A DNA stretch of 64,000 nucleotides, taken from assembly GCA_035393325.1 (NCBI GenBank), contig DAOOXC010000002.1, positions 9,650 to 73,649 of the forward strand, read 5' to 3'. Positions 9,398 through 19,540 of this stretch are shown in pieces (the first letter of the stretch is position 1; each line of letters begins with the position of its first letter). A program made the position numbers and the translations under genes. The notes beneath the pieces were generated by a model, which did no database searches, was not told where the DNA came from, and saw only the letters and a program-made list of their open reading frames with translations. This stretch comes from Methylotenera sp. GTDB taxonomy: Bacteria > Pseudomonadota > Gammaproteobacteria > Burkholderiales > Methylophilaceae.

Positions 9398-11224
9398 TTA
9401 CTCAGGTTGATAGCGAATGTTGATAAATAAATTAGCGCCTGAAGTGTTGTAAGGCTCACCACCAAAATCCAGTCCCAAAGCATATTCTTTATCGAGTATG
9501 TTGTTGGCGCGCGCCTGTACTGACCAATCTTTTGCAAACTGGTAATTTACCGTGGCATTGATTAGCGCGTAGCCACTTAATTTTGCAGTATTGCTCGCGT
9601 TGTTATAACGTACAGACGAGGCGGTAGCTTCAGCCCCAAACCGCCAATCTGCCATTTGGTAGTTAGCGTTTAAATTGGCATGCCGATTTGCACGGCGCAC
9701 CAATAGATTGCCAGATTTCTCATCTTCAGGCGATTGAATATCTACGCTGCCGCCCAGATGTAAATCACCCAATTGCTGACTTGCGCTTAAGCTCAGGCCG
9801 TTGATGCGCGCTTTGTTTACATTCATGACGTTAAAGGCATCGTCATAGCCAATTAGGTCGCGGATTTTATGGTGAAAAATTGTCGCTGATGCCGATGTGT
9901 TGTCTGCCTGATAACGCAAGCTGGCCTCTACATTGCGCGATTTTTCAGGTGATAAATTCGGGTTGCCAAAAAATGGATAGTATAAATCGTTAAAAGTTGG
10001 CGCTTTAAAAGCTGTGCCTATGCTGGCGGTGGCGCGCCAGCTTGGGTTAAATTTAAACCCGTAGCCTATGCTGCCAGTGTTGTGGCTGCCAAATTGCGAG
10101 TTGTTATCGTGGCGTGCGCTTAGTTGCAAGGAATGCGCATCGCCATTAAGCAAATAACTGGCCACAAAACCATCGTTTTCGCGTTCATTCTCGGTAAAGT
10201 TAACAGTTGATTTTACCTTTTGGTTTAAGTTGTCATAAAGCAAGGTGAGTGTGCCTACGGGTAGCTTAAAGTCGTTTTGCCAACTAAGTTGAAATTGTCT
10301 GGTTTTGAATAAATCGCCACCTTTTACGCTAAATTCATCATACGTGCGGCTTTCATCCGCACCTTCGCCAATACGCACTTTTGAAAGCCATAAGTCGGTA
10401 AATTGATTGTGGCTAAACACTGCAAAACTGTATTGTTTTGAGTCAGCTTTGCTATCAAAGTTAGAGCCATTAAAGGGGTTATCAAAATGTACGCGTCCGT
10501 CACTGTGTAAAAACTGTAAGCCGACTTCATGTCCGGCTTCAATTTGGTGAGACAAATTTCCAGAAAAAGCCAAATTACGATAAGCATCTTTATCGTTGTA
10601 GTCTTTATTTTTGGTATCAATGGCGGAAAAACTGTTCGTATCAAGACTGGATACATTCAGTGCGAAACGTGTATCGACGGCACTGCCGCGCACGCCTGCA
10701 TTGGCACGTTTGGTGTTGTAAGTGCCGTACCCTAAACTGGCATTTAATTTTGGTGCGCCGTCGCCTTTTTTGGTGAAAATTTGAATCACGCCGCCAATCG
10801 CATCTTGCCCGTAAAGCGTAGAGGCAGGTCCGCGTAAAATTTCAATTCTATCAATTTGACCAATTGGCAAGTTTTCAAAAGCGGTAGAACCTAGCGTGGC
10901 AGAATCCACGCGCATACCATCAATCAACACCACCACATGGCTGGCATTGGTGCCGCGTATGAAAATACCAGAAACCGTGCCTGCGCCACCGCTACTGCTC
11001 ATTTCGATACCCGCTTGGCGAGATAACACTTCAACTAAAGTAGATTGCCCGGCACGCTGAATTTCTTCGTTATCAATCACGGTCACATCAGCAATCGTAC
11101 TTTCGCGGGCTTGTGGTGTGCGAGAGGCGGTGACGACCATGTCTTTCAAATCTATCGTGTCAGCAGCGTAAACGGGAGAGCAAAGTACCAGCGCAATGAG
11201 GCTGGAAAGGGTGGTTTTTTTCAC
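9398..11224 (-). CDS. btuB: TonB-dependent vitamin B12 outer-membrane receptor
   Basis: Signal peptide (V)KKTTLSSLIALVLCSPVYA, TonB-box-like DTIDLKDMVVTA, plug motifs (IEILRGPASTLYG) and a beta-barrel. GTG at 11224 preferred over ATG at 11338, which would abut the riboswitch. A B12 riboswitch lies directly upstream. Confidence 0.85.
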   Translation of the reverse strand: MKKTTLSSLIALVLCSPVYAADTIDLKDMVVTASRTPQARESTIADVTVIDNEEIQRAGQSTLVEVLSRQAGIEMSSSGGAGTVSGIFIRGTNASHVVVLIDGMRVDSATLGSTAFENLPIGQIDRIEILRGPASTLYGQDAIGGVIQIFTKKGDGAPKLNASLGYGTYNTKRANAGVRGSAVDTRFALNVSSLDTNSFSAIDTKNKDYNDKDAYRNLAFSGNLSHQIEAGHEVGLQFLHSDGRVHFDNPFNGSNFDSKADSKQYSFAVFSHNQFTDLWLSKVRIGEGADESRTYDEFSVKGGDLFKTRQFQLSWQNDFKLPVGTLTLLYDNLNQKVKSTVNFTENERENDGFVASYLLNGDAHSLQLSARHDNNSQFGSHNTGSIGYGFKFNPSWRATASIGTAFKAPTFNDLYYPFFGNPNLSPEKSRNVEASLRYQADNTSASATIFHHKIRDLIGYDDAFNVMNVNKARINGLSLSASQQLGDLHLGGSVDIQSPEDEKSGNLLVRRANRHANLNANYQMADWRFGAEATASSVRYNNASNTAKLSGYALINATVNYQFAKDWSVQARANNILDKEYALGLDFGGEPYNTSGANLFINIRYQPE

Positions 11225-11344
11225 AAAATTTTCCTTGATGGCACACGCGACCCCGCATGTGAATTTATCAACAAAAATACTAGGGAGGAAAAATGAAAAA
11301 AACGCAGTAAAAATACCGAACGTTTTATACACCGTCACCCCGCG

Positions 11345-11690
11345 GTATTTTCAACTATTTAGTTGCGAGGCCGGTCTCCGGGCTTGTGAGTGATGAAGGT
11401 CTGCACAATCAAATCGCGGTGTTGCTGTAGTGCTCGCATGCTTGCCGTACTATGCGTACTGTCTTCGCATGCTGTGCGCTACGCGCCTTGCGTTTTGTTT
11501 GCTCGCCACTTCATCTTAACTTGCGCCTTCCCAAGAAGATTTAAAAAAATCTTATCTCAGTGGCTGTATTGCAAGTAAGCTCACTTACCGTTGCGGGGGC
11601 AGCATAGGCATTATTTTTTATCAGAGACAAAATGCACCTATTTCCCAGTTTCACCTCGTTTGTAAGAACACAAACAAGGCACCTAACAAC
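11345..11690 (-). promoter_or_regulatory. cobalamin (B12) riboswitch in the btuB leader
   Basis: Minus strand reads ...GGTGAAACTGGGAAATAGGTGC...GCTGCCCCCGCAACGGTAAG...AGCCACTGAGA...TGGGAAGGCGCA...[long variable arm]...AAGCCCGGAGACCGGCC. The last segment matches the B12 box AGYCMGGAGACCKGCC and lies at 11367-11384. Boundaries are approximate. Confidence 0.85.
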
Positions 11691-11711
11691 ATGTGCGCAT
11701 TATAGCTTTTA

Positions 11712-11740
11712 ATCTTAAAGAATGCGTGTGATTTTTGCAA
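11712..11740 (-). promoter_or_regulatory. candidate sigma70 promoter of the riboswitch-btuB operon
   Basis: Minus strand reads TTGCAA-17 nt-TAAGAT, placed about 20-30 nt upstream of the first conserved riboswitch nucleotides. Confidence 0.4.
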
Positions 11741-11760
11741 AAATAGTGGCTTTATTTTTG

Positions 11761-11827
11761 CCGAGAGATTTTTATGCCTCTGAAAGCCGCATAGAATAAG
11801 GCTTCCAGAGCAGGTGTTAGGAAGATG
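11761..11827 (-). repeat. REP-like hairpin repeat, copy 3 (reverse orientation)
   Basis: Reverse complement reads CATCTTCCTAACACCTGCTCTGGAAGCC-TTATTCTATGC-GGCTTTCAGAGGCATAAAAATCTCTCGG. It starts 9 nt downstream of the stop of the minus-strand channel gene. Confidence 0.85.
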
Positions 11828-11835
11828 CGTGAAAT

Positions 11836-12795
11836 TTAGCTTGAAAGTGCTTTTAAAACGAGCGCGAAATTGATGGTGATGTAGCCTACTAAAATTCCCC
11901 AAAAAGCGAGCTTATCTAAGCGTAGCGCTTTGACTTTGCGATTTTCAAAATATTGCCCAGAAATATAAATTACCATTACCACGATAAGCAAAATAGCACC
12001 AAAAGTGACATTATGGATGCTATCAATCATGGTGTTTTGGGTTGTGGTGGGGACAATGTTTTCAACAATATATTTGTTGCCCACTGCCGCAAATAAACCA
12101 CCCACTGCCAACTCTACGCGGCTGTCAGAATCGGCTGGTTTAATTCTAAATACCATTAAAGCAATCATAAAAGCGACATATAGCCCTGTGACCAACTTAA
12201 TAAATGTCGTCCACGAATAAGTTCTGGTTAGGCTGATGTCAGCTTGTATGCTTGGGTAGCTACTTGAGCCTTGTAACTCGGGGTCGCCATACGTGGTGTC
12301 GTAATTCGCATTTTTAGCACTGATGGTAAATGCATCCACTATCCAATTTTCCATCTTTAATTGATTGCTCACTTTGGAGTTTTGGATGTCCGCGATATAG
12401 TTTAGCGCATTTGAGTCCAGCATCGTTTCTTCAAGGTTGATGGTGAGTTGCTGCTTATCAAATGGAAAGTTACGCACGTCCCAATCTTGCAAAATAGTTG
12501 CGGTGCACTTTTTTTGCTCCCAATTTACGGTCAATTTTTTTTGTGTAGCAAAGTTTGAGCAAATGGTTTTTTTAGACTTAATGACTTCTTGGGAATCTTT
12601 AAAATTGAGGTTGTCGTTGCTATGTAAGCTCCAGGTCCAAAATTCAGCCACATAGCTACCATCGGCCAGATTAAAGTCGTAAAGGTTGGTGATGTAAATG
12701 CCTACTTTGACCTCTTCCTTTTGGGCTGCATCCGCTTGGGCTGCCGTAGCCTGAAAGCTAGCAATTAACATCAAAAGCGCACATATTTTATTCAA
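11836..12795 (-). CDS. prokaryotic pentameric ligand-gated ion channel (Cys-loop receptor/GLIC-ELIC family) homologue
   Basis: Signal peptide and a ~200-aa beta-rich extracellular domain containing WDVRNFPFDKQQLTINL (the FPFDxQ Cys-loop-equivalent motif). Four C-terminal TM segments follow (M1 FIKLVTGLYVAFMIALMVF, M2 VELAVGGLFAAVGNKYIV, then NIVPTTT..., M3, short loop, M4). Confidence 0.75.
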   Translation of the reverse strand: MNKICALLMLIASFQATAAQADAAQKEEVKVGIYITNLYDFNLADGSYVAEFWTWSLHSNDNLNFKDSQEVIKSKKTICSNFATQKKLTVNWEQKKCTATILQDWDVRNFPFDKQQLTINLEETMLDSNALNYIADIQNSKVSNQLKMENWIVDAFTISAKNANYDTTYGDPELQGSSSYPSIQADISLTRTYSWTTFIKLVTGLYVAFMIALMVFRIKPADSDSRVELAVGGLFAAVGNKYIVENIVPTTTQNTMIDSIHNVTFGAILLIVVMVIYISGQYFENRKVKALRLDKLAFWGILVGYITINFALVLKALSS

Positions 12796-12832
12796 AATTT
12801 TTTACGCTCCCTCTCTATTGCTTATTGTGAGA

Positions 12833-13867
12833 TTAAAAGCTACGACTCACAGAAAAATCAGTTAAGGTGATTAAAGCTGTTTTAAAGGTGGATTCGGGTA
12901 AGTGCGCAATCACAGTGCGGGCTGATGCGGCTTCTTGCTCGGCAATCGTGCGCACATGCTGCAATGCGCCGGTGCGTTGCACTGCGTTCAGAATCGTGGA
13001 GAAGTCATCTAAGCCGCCATGTTTAATGGCGTGCTTAATAGCTGCCGATTCTACGACATTGCCGTGCTGCATTGCATAAAGCAAAGGTAGCGTCGGCTTG
13101 CCTTCGTTAAGGTCATCACCCAAGTTTTTACCAATATCCAATACGTTGCCACTTAAATCTAGCACGTCATCAATCAACTGAAAGGCCGTGCCAATATGCA
13201 TGCCATATAAACTCAATGCTTTTTCATCTTCAGCGGAAGCGTTACCAATAATTGCGCCAAGCTTTGCGGCAGCTTCAAATAGCTTAGCGGTTTTATATTG
13301 AATAACTTGTAAATAATTTTCGTCTGTCATGTCCACATTGTGTACATTTAATAGTTGCAGAACTTCACCTTCGGCAATCACGTTGGTAGCGTTGCTGAGC
13401 ACTTCCATGACACGCATGTTTTGCACGCTGACCATCATCTGAAAAGCACGAGAATATACAAAATCACCTACCAGCACGCTGGCGGCATTGCCAAATAGTG
13501 CATTGGCGGTATTTTTGCCACGGCGTTTTGCAGATTCGTCCACTACATCATCATGCAACAAGGTGGCTGTGTGGATAAACTCAACCACGGCTGCCAGTTG
13601 GTGGTGCTCAGGTTTGATGGGGCCAAACAAGCCAGCGGAAAGTAATACCAGCATGGGGCGCAAGCGTTTGCCACCACTGTTAATAATATAGTTGGCAACT
13701 TGGTTCACTAGGGTTACTTCAGAGTGAAGTGATTTTGCAATCACGGCGTTTACCGCTAGCATGTCACCAGCAACGGGGGTTTGGATAAGATGAAGCTGAT
13801 TGCTACTCGAAGTCACGGGGCTATACCTGTACGATTTGACCGATAAAAATTGCAGGCATTTTAACAC
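12833..13867 (-). CDS. ispB: octaprenyl-diphosphate synthase
   Basis: GGKRLRP, LLHDDVVDES (first DDxxD) and FQLIDDVLD (second DDxxD). Divergent from rplU, as in many proteobacteria. The true start may be downstream of 13867. Confidence 0.9.
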   Translation of the reverse strand: MLKCLQFLSVKSYRYSPVTSSSNQLHLIQTPVAGDMLAVNAVIAKSLHSEVTLVNQVANYIINSGGKRLRPMLVLLSAGLFGPIKPEHHQLAAVVEFIHTATLLHDDVVDESAKRRGKNTANALFGNAASVLVGDFVYSRAFQMMVSVQNMRVMEVLSNATNVIAEGEVLQLLNVHNVDMTDENYLQVIQYKTAKLFEAAAKLGAIIGNASAEDEKALSLYGMHIGTAFQLIDDVLDLSGNVLDIGKNLGDDLNEGKPTLPLLYAMQHGNVVESAAIKHAIKHGGLDDFSTILNAVQRTGALQHVRTIAEQEAASARTVIAHLPESTFKTALITLTDFSVSRSF

Positions 13868-13935
13868 AGGCTTATACCGAGTATTTAGCCTTATGCGCTG
13901 GGTAGATAAATTTTGTGTAATGCATTGATTTATGA

Positions 13936-13963
13936 TTTGCTTTGTGCATGAATTTGCGTATAA
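13936..13963 (+). promoter_or_regulatory. candidate sigma70 promoter of rplU-rpmA
   Basis: TTGCTT-16 nt-TATAAT, about 40 nt upstream of the rplU ATG. Confidence 0.45.
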
Positions 13964-14003
13964 TGCCGAGTTCTTTAGAAAAGCGATACTTTAAGGCTCA
14001 ATC

Positions 14004-14621
14004 ATGTATGCAGTAATTAAAACAGGCGGCAAACAATACCGCGTAGTAGCAGGCGAAAGATTAAAAGTTGAAAAGCTAGAAGTTGAAGTCGGTGGCAAAG
14101 TTGCCCTAGACCAAGTTTTAGTGTTGTCAGATGGCGAAACCACAACGATTGGTGCTCCTATTATTAAAGGTGCAACAGTGAATGCAACTGTTGTTTCACA
14201 CGGTCGTGGCGACAAAGTGATGATTTTCAAATTCCGCCGTCGTAAACATTACCGTAAAACACAAGGTCATCGTCAAAGTTATACAGAGATTTTGATTAAT
14301 GATATTGGTGGTAAATCAGTTGCAGCGGCAAACCCAGCAACTGCTAAGCCTGCTGCAAAAGCAAAAAAAGATGATTTAACGATTGTTGAAGGCATTGGCC
14401 CAAAAATCGCTGAGCTGTTGATTGCTGACGGTATCGTGACATTTGCTGACTTGGCAAATGCTAAAGTAGAAGCGATTGCGGCTATTTTGGCAAAAGCGGG
14501 TTCACGCTACAGCACGCACAAACCAGACACATGGCCACAACAAGCGGCTTTAGCGCGTGATGGCAAAATGGATGAATTAAAAGCTTTGCAAGATGCGCTT
14601 GATGGCGGCAAAGTTAAATAA
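14004..14621 (+). CDS. rplU: ribosomal protein L21 fused to a ~100-aa C-terminal extension (AKP-rich linker plus helix-hairpin-helix-like domain)
   Basis: Residues 1-103 are canonical L21 ([14 protein letters not shown]...[22 protein letters not shown]). The ORF continues without a stop through [18 protein letters not shown] and [27 protein letters not shown]...[14 protein letters not shown]. Confidence 0.9.
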   Translation: MYAVIKTGGKQYRVVAGERLKVEKLEVEVGGKVALDQVLVLSDGETTTIGAPIIKGATVNATVVSHGRGDKVMIFKFRRRKHYRKTQGHRQSYTEILINDIGGKSVAAANPATAKPAAKAKKDDLTIVEGIGPKIAELLIADGIVTFADLANAKVEAIAAILAKAGSRYSTHKPDTWPQQAALARDGKMDELKALQDALDGGKVK

Positions 14622-14654
14622 GTACTTATAAAAGTTAAGTAAAGGAAAAGCAAC

Positions 14655-14915
14655 ATGGCACACAAGAAAGCAGGCGGTAGTTCACGTAACGGTCGCGATT
14701 CACACTCACAACGTTTAGGCGTAAAAGCATTTGGCGAAACGGTAGTTTCAGCTGGTAGCATCATCGTTCGTCAACGCGGCACTAAAATGCACGCTGGTGA
14801 AAATGTCGGCATGGGTAAAGACCACACTTTATATGCAAAAGTAGATGGTAAAGTGGCTTTTGCGGTGAAAGGTGCGCTAAAGCGCCATACTGTTAGCATT
14901 ATTGCTACTGCTTAA
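14655..14915 (+). CDS. rpmA: ribosomal protein L27
   Basis: [24 protein letters not shown]...IIVRQRGTK, canonical L27. Confidence 0.95.
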   Translation: MAHKKAGGSSRNGRDSHSQRLGVKAFGETVVSAGSIIVRQRGTKMHAGENVGMGKDHTLYAKVDGKVAFAVKGALKRHTVSIIATA

Positions 14916-14932
14916 GATAATTATAAAATATT

Positions 14933-14962
14933 AAAGCCTCATCGCTTGATGGGGCTTTTTTA
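14933..14962 (+). terminator. intrinsic terminator after rpmA
   Basis: AAGCCTCATC-gctt-GATGGGGCTT followed by TTTTT. Confidence 0.7.
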
Positions 14963-14977
14963 TTTGGTACACTTTAA

Positions 14978-17120
<2,143 letters not shown>

Positions 17121-17131
17121 GGGATTAAAAA

Positions 17132-17638
17132 ATGAGTCAAAAACCATTAGTCGCCATAATTATGGGCTCCGATAGCGATTGGCCAACTATGAAAAACGCC
17201 GCTCAAATGCTGGCTGATTTTGGTGTGCCTTATGATGCAAAAGTGGTTTCAGCCCACAGGACACCAGACTTGATGTTTCAGTTTGCCGAGCAAGCGGCCA
17301 AAAATGGTTACCAAGTGATTATCGCTGGCGCAGGCGGTGCTGCGCACTTACCCGGCATGGTGGCGGCTAAAACCACATTGCCAGTGTTGGGCGTGCCAGT
17401 GCCAAGCAAGCATCTACAGGGGCAAGATTCCTTACTTTCAATCGTGCAAATGCCAAAGGGAATCCCCGTAGCCACTTTTGCGATTGGTGATGCTGGTGCA
17501 ACGAATGCAGGTTTGTTTGCAGTGGCGATGTTGGCTAACCATGATGCCGATTTAGCTAAAAAATTAGCAGATTTTCGTCAAAAACAAACAGAAAAAGTTA
17601 ATGTAATGACCTTGACTGACCAGCCGTCAGTAAATTGA
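17132..17638 (+). CDS. purE: N5-carboxyaminoimidazole ribonucleotide mutase
   Basis: [14 protein letters not shown]...[13 protein letters not shown], PurE class I signature. Confidence 0.95.
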   Translation: MSQKPLVAIIMGSDSDWPTMKNAAQMLADFGVPYDAKVVSAHRTPDLMFQFAEQAAKNGYQVIIAGAGGAAHLPGMVAAKTTLPVLGVPVPSKHLQGQDSLLSIVQMPKGIPVATFAIGDAGATNAGLFAVAMLANHDADLAKKLADFRQKQTEKVNVMTLTDQPSVN

Positions 17639-17651
17639 AGAGCATAAAACC

Positions 17652-18827
17652 ATGAGTGATAGCAAAGTAATTACACCACCTGCTATGTTGGGTATGTTGG
17701 GTGGCGGTCAGCTTGGCCGTTTTTTTGTCATTGCAGCCCATGAAATGGGCTATAAAGTGACCGTGCTGGACCCTGATAAAAATAGCCCAGCAGGTAAAAT
17801 TGCTGATGTCCATTTGTGTGCCAATTATGATGATGAAACCGCATTGGCAGAAATGGAAAAAACTTGCCAAGCGGTGACAACAGAGTTTGAAAATGTACCT
17901 GCAAGCACGCTTGAAAAGTTAGCGCTTACTACAACCGTTCGCCCCAGTGGTGCAAGCGTGGCGATTGCTCAGAATCGGGTATTAGAAAAAAGATTTATTA
18001 AAGAGGCTGGTTTGCCAGTAGCACCGTTTGCAGTGATAAATACCAATGCAGACTTACCTAGTGACGCTAGTCCACTCTACCCTGCCATTCTTAAAGTGGC
18101 GCGTTTTGGCTACGATGGCAAAGGTCAAGCGCGTGTGAAAAATCAAGCTGAAGCGCAAGCTGCGTTTAACACGTTCAAGCAAGAAATCTGTGTCTTAGAG
18201 CAAATGTTGCCGCTTGATTTAGAGGTTTCGGTGGTGCTTGCGCGTGACAGCAAGGGAAATATTGAGGCATTCACTACGGCTGAAAATAGTCACTTAAACG
18301 GTATTTTGGATATTAGTATTGCACCAGCACGTTGTTCAGAAGTGCTCAAGGCTAACGCTCGTGAGTTAGCAAAAAAACTAGCTGAAAAGCTCAATTATGT
18401 AGGTGTGTTGGGTGTTGAGTTTTTTGTAGTTGGCAATCAGTTGCTTGTCAATGAGATTGCACCACGTCCGCATAACTCCGGCCACTATACAATAGATGCT
18501 TGTATAACGAATCAGTTTGAGCAGCAAGTGCGCGTGCTCGCAGGTTTGCCTCTAGGTGATGCCAGTATGCACAGCAATGCGGTGATGGTGAACATCTTAG
18601 GTGACAGTTGGTTTTCTAATACGGAAAGCGCCCGAGAAAAAAATACCCCTCTGGAACCCGCATGGAATAAGGCTTGCAGCCATGCTAACTTGAAGTTACA
18701 TCTTTATGGTAAGGCGGAACCTAGAGTCGCACGCAAAATGGGTCACTTTACAGTGATAGGTCAAGATACTAAAAAAGTATTGAATGCAGCGTTAATTGCC
18801 CGAGGCGAATTGCATATTGGTGAATAG
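17652..18827 (+). CDS. purK: N5-carboxyaminoimidazole ribonucleotide synthase (ATP-grasp)
   Basis: LGMLGGGQLGRFF, YDGKGQ, NEIAPRPHNSGHYT; adjacent to purE. Confidence 0.9.
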   Translation: MSDSKVITPPAMLGMLGGGQLGRFFVIAAHEMGYKVTVLDPDKNSPAGKIADVHLCANYDDETALAEMEKTCQAVTTEFENVPASTLEKLALTTTVRPSGASVAIAQNRVLEKRFIKEAGLPVAPFAVINTNADLPSDASPLYPAILKVARFGYDGKGQARVKNQAEAQAAFNTFKQEICVLEQMLPLDLEVSVVLARDSKGNIEAFTTAENSHLNGILDISIAPARCSEVLKANARELAKKLAEKLNYVGVLGVEFFVVGNQLLVNEIAPRPHNSGHYTIDACITNQFEQQVRVLAGLPLGDASMHSNAVMVNILGDSWFSNTESAREKNTPLEPAWNKACSHANLKLHLYGKAEPRVARKMGHFTVIGQDTKKVLNAALIARGELHIGE

Positions 18828-18871
18828 TTAACTAGATAGTTGAAGTGTAAGATTTAACTGTTTACCAAAAC

Positions 18872-18908
18872 AAAAAGCCCCGCCTAAGTCATTTAGGCGG
18901 GGCTTTTT
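18872..18908. terminator. bidirectional intrinsic terminator between purK and rpsT
   Basis: AAAAA-AGCCCCGCCTAA-gtcat-TTAGGCGGGGCT-TTTT; 12-bp perfect stem. Confidence 0.9.
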
Positions 18909-18922
18909 AATTCAATGCTTAA

Positions 18923-19333
18923 TTACTCAGCTTTTGCTTTTTTTGGCGCAGCTGCCTTTTTAGGTGCGGCAGCCTTGGCTGGAGCTGCTTTTTTGGCAGT
19001 TTCAGCTTTTTCTTTTGGTGCCGCTTTAGCTTTAGGCGCAGCTTTTTTCTCTAATTTTACTGGGCCAGCAGATGTAAGCGCTTTAATTGCAGCAGTTAAG
19101 CGGCTTTTATGGCGCGCTGCTTTATTTTTGTGAATGATTTTTTTGTCCGCAATGCGGTCAATCACGCTCACATTTTCTTGATAAGCGGCCATTGCAACGG
19201 CTTTGTCACCAGTTTCAACAGCTTTGATTACTTTTTTAATTGCAGTTCGCAAAGTTGAGCGCAATGCTGCGTTGTGTGCGTTTACTTTAACAGACTGACG
19301 CGCGCGTTTGCGTGCTTGTGCGGTATTTGCCAT
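18923..19333 (-). CDS. rpsT: ribosomal protein S20 with a ~48-aa Ala/Lys/Pro-rich C-terminal tail
   Basis: N-terminal ~88 aa is canonical S20 ([16 protein letters not shown]...[18 protein letters not shown]). It continues as [42 protein letters not shown]. Confidence 0.9.
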   Translation of the reverse strand: MANTAQARKRARQSVKVNAHNAALRSTLRTAIKKVIKAVETGDKAVAMAAYQENVSVIDRIADKKIIHKNKAARHKSRLTAAIKALTSAGPVKLEKKAAPKAKAAPKEKAETAKKAAPAKAAAPKKAAAPKKAKAE

Positions 19334-19540
19334 GTGTTGTTTATCCTAATGCGAAACTTGTATAAATACGAAACCGTGCATATTAGTGTTTTTTAGGTCT
19401 TTTGGCAACTGTTAAATGACATTATTTGCTATTTTCTCATACTGGCATGTGGGTTGAATATTGACGCAAAATTAGCGTGGCGAGCGTGTTAAAATAATGC
19501 ACCCATTTTTACGTGTCGATTAAATCTACATAAGCCCCGC

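Noticed and set aside
11390-11578. 62-aa plus-strand ORF upstream of btuB
   Set aside because: It lies entirely inside the cobalamin riboswitch variable arm, on the opposite strand.
18915-19133. 72-aa Ala/Phe/Leu-rich ORF opposite the S20 tail
   Set aside because: It is the antisense reading of the repetitive GCN/AAR codons of the rpsT tail.
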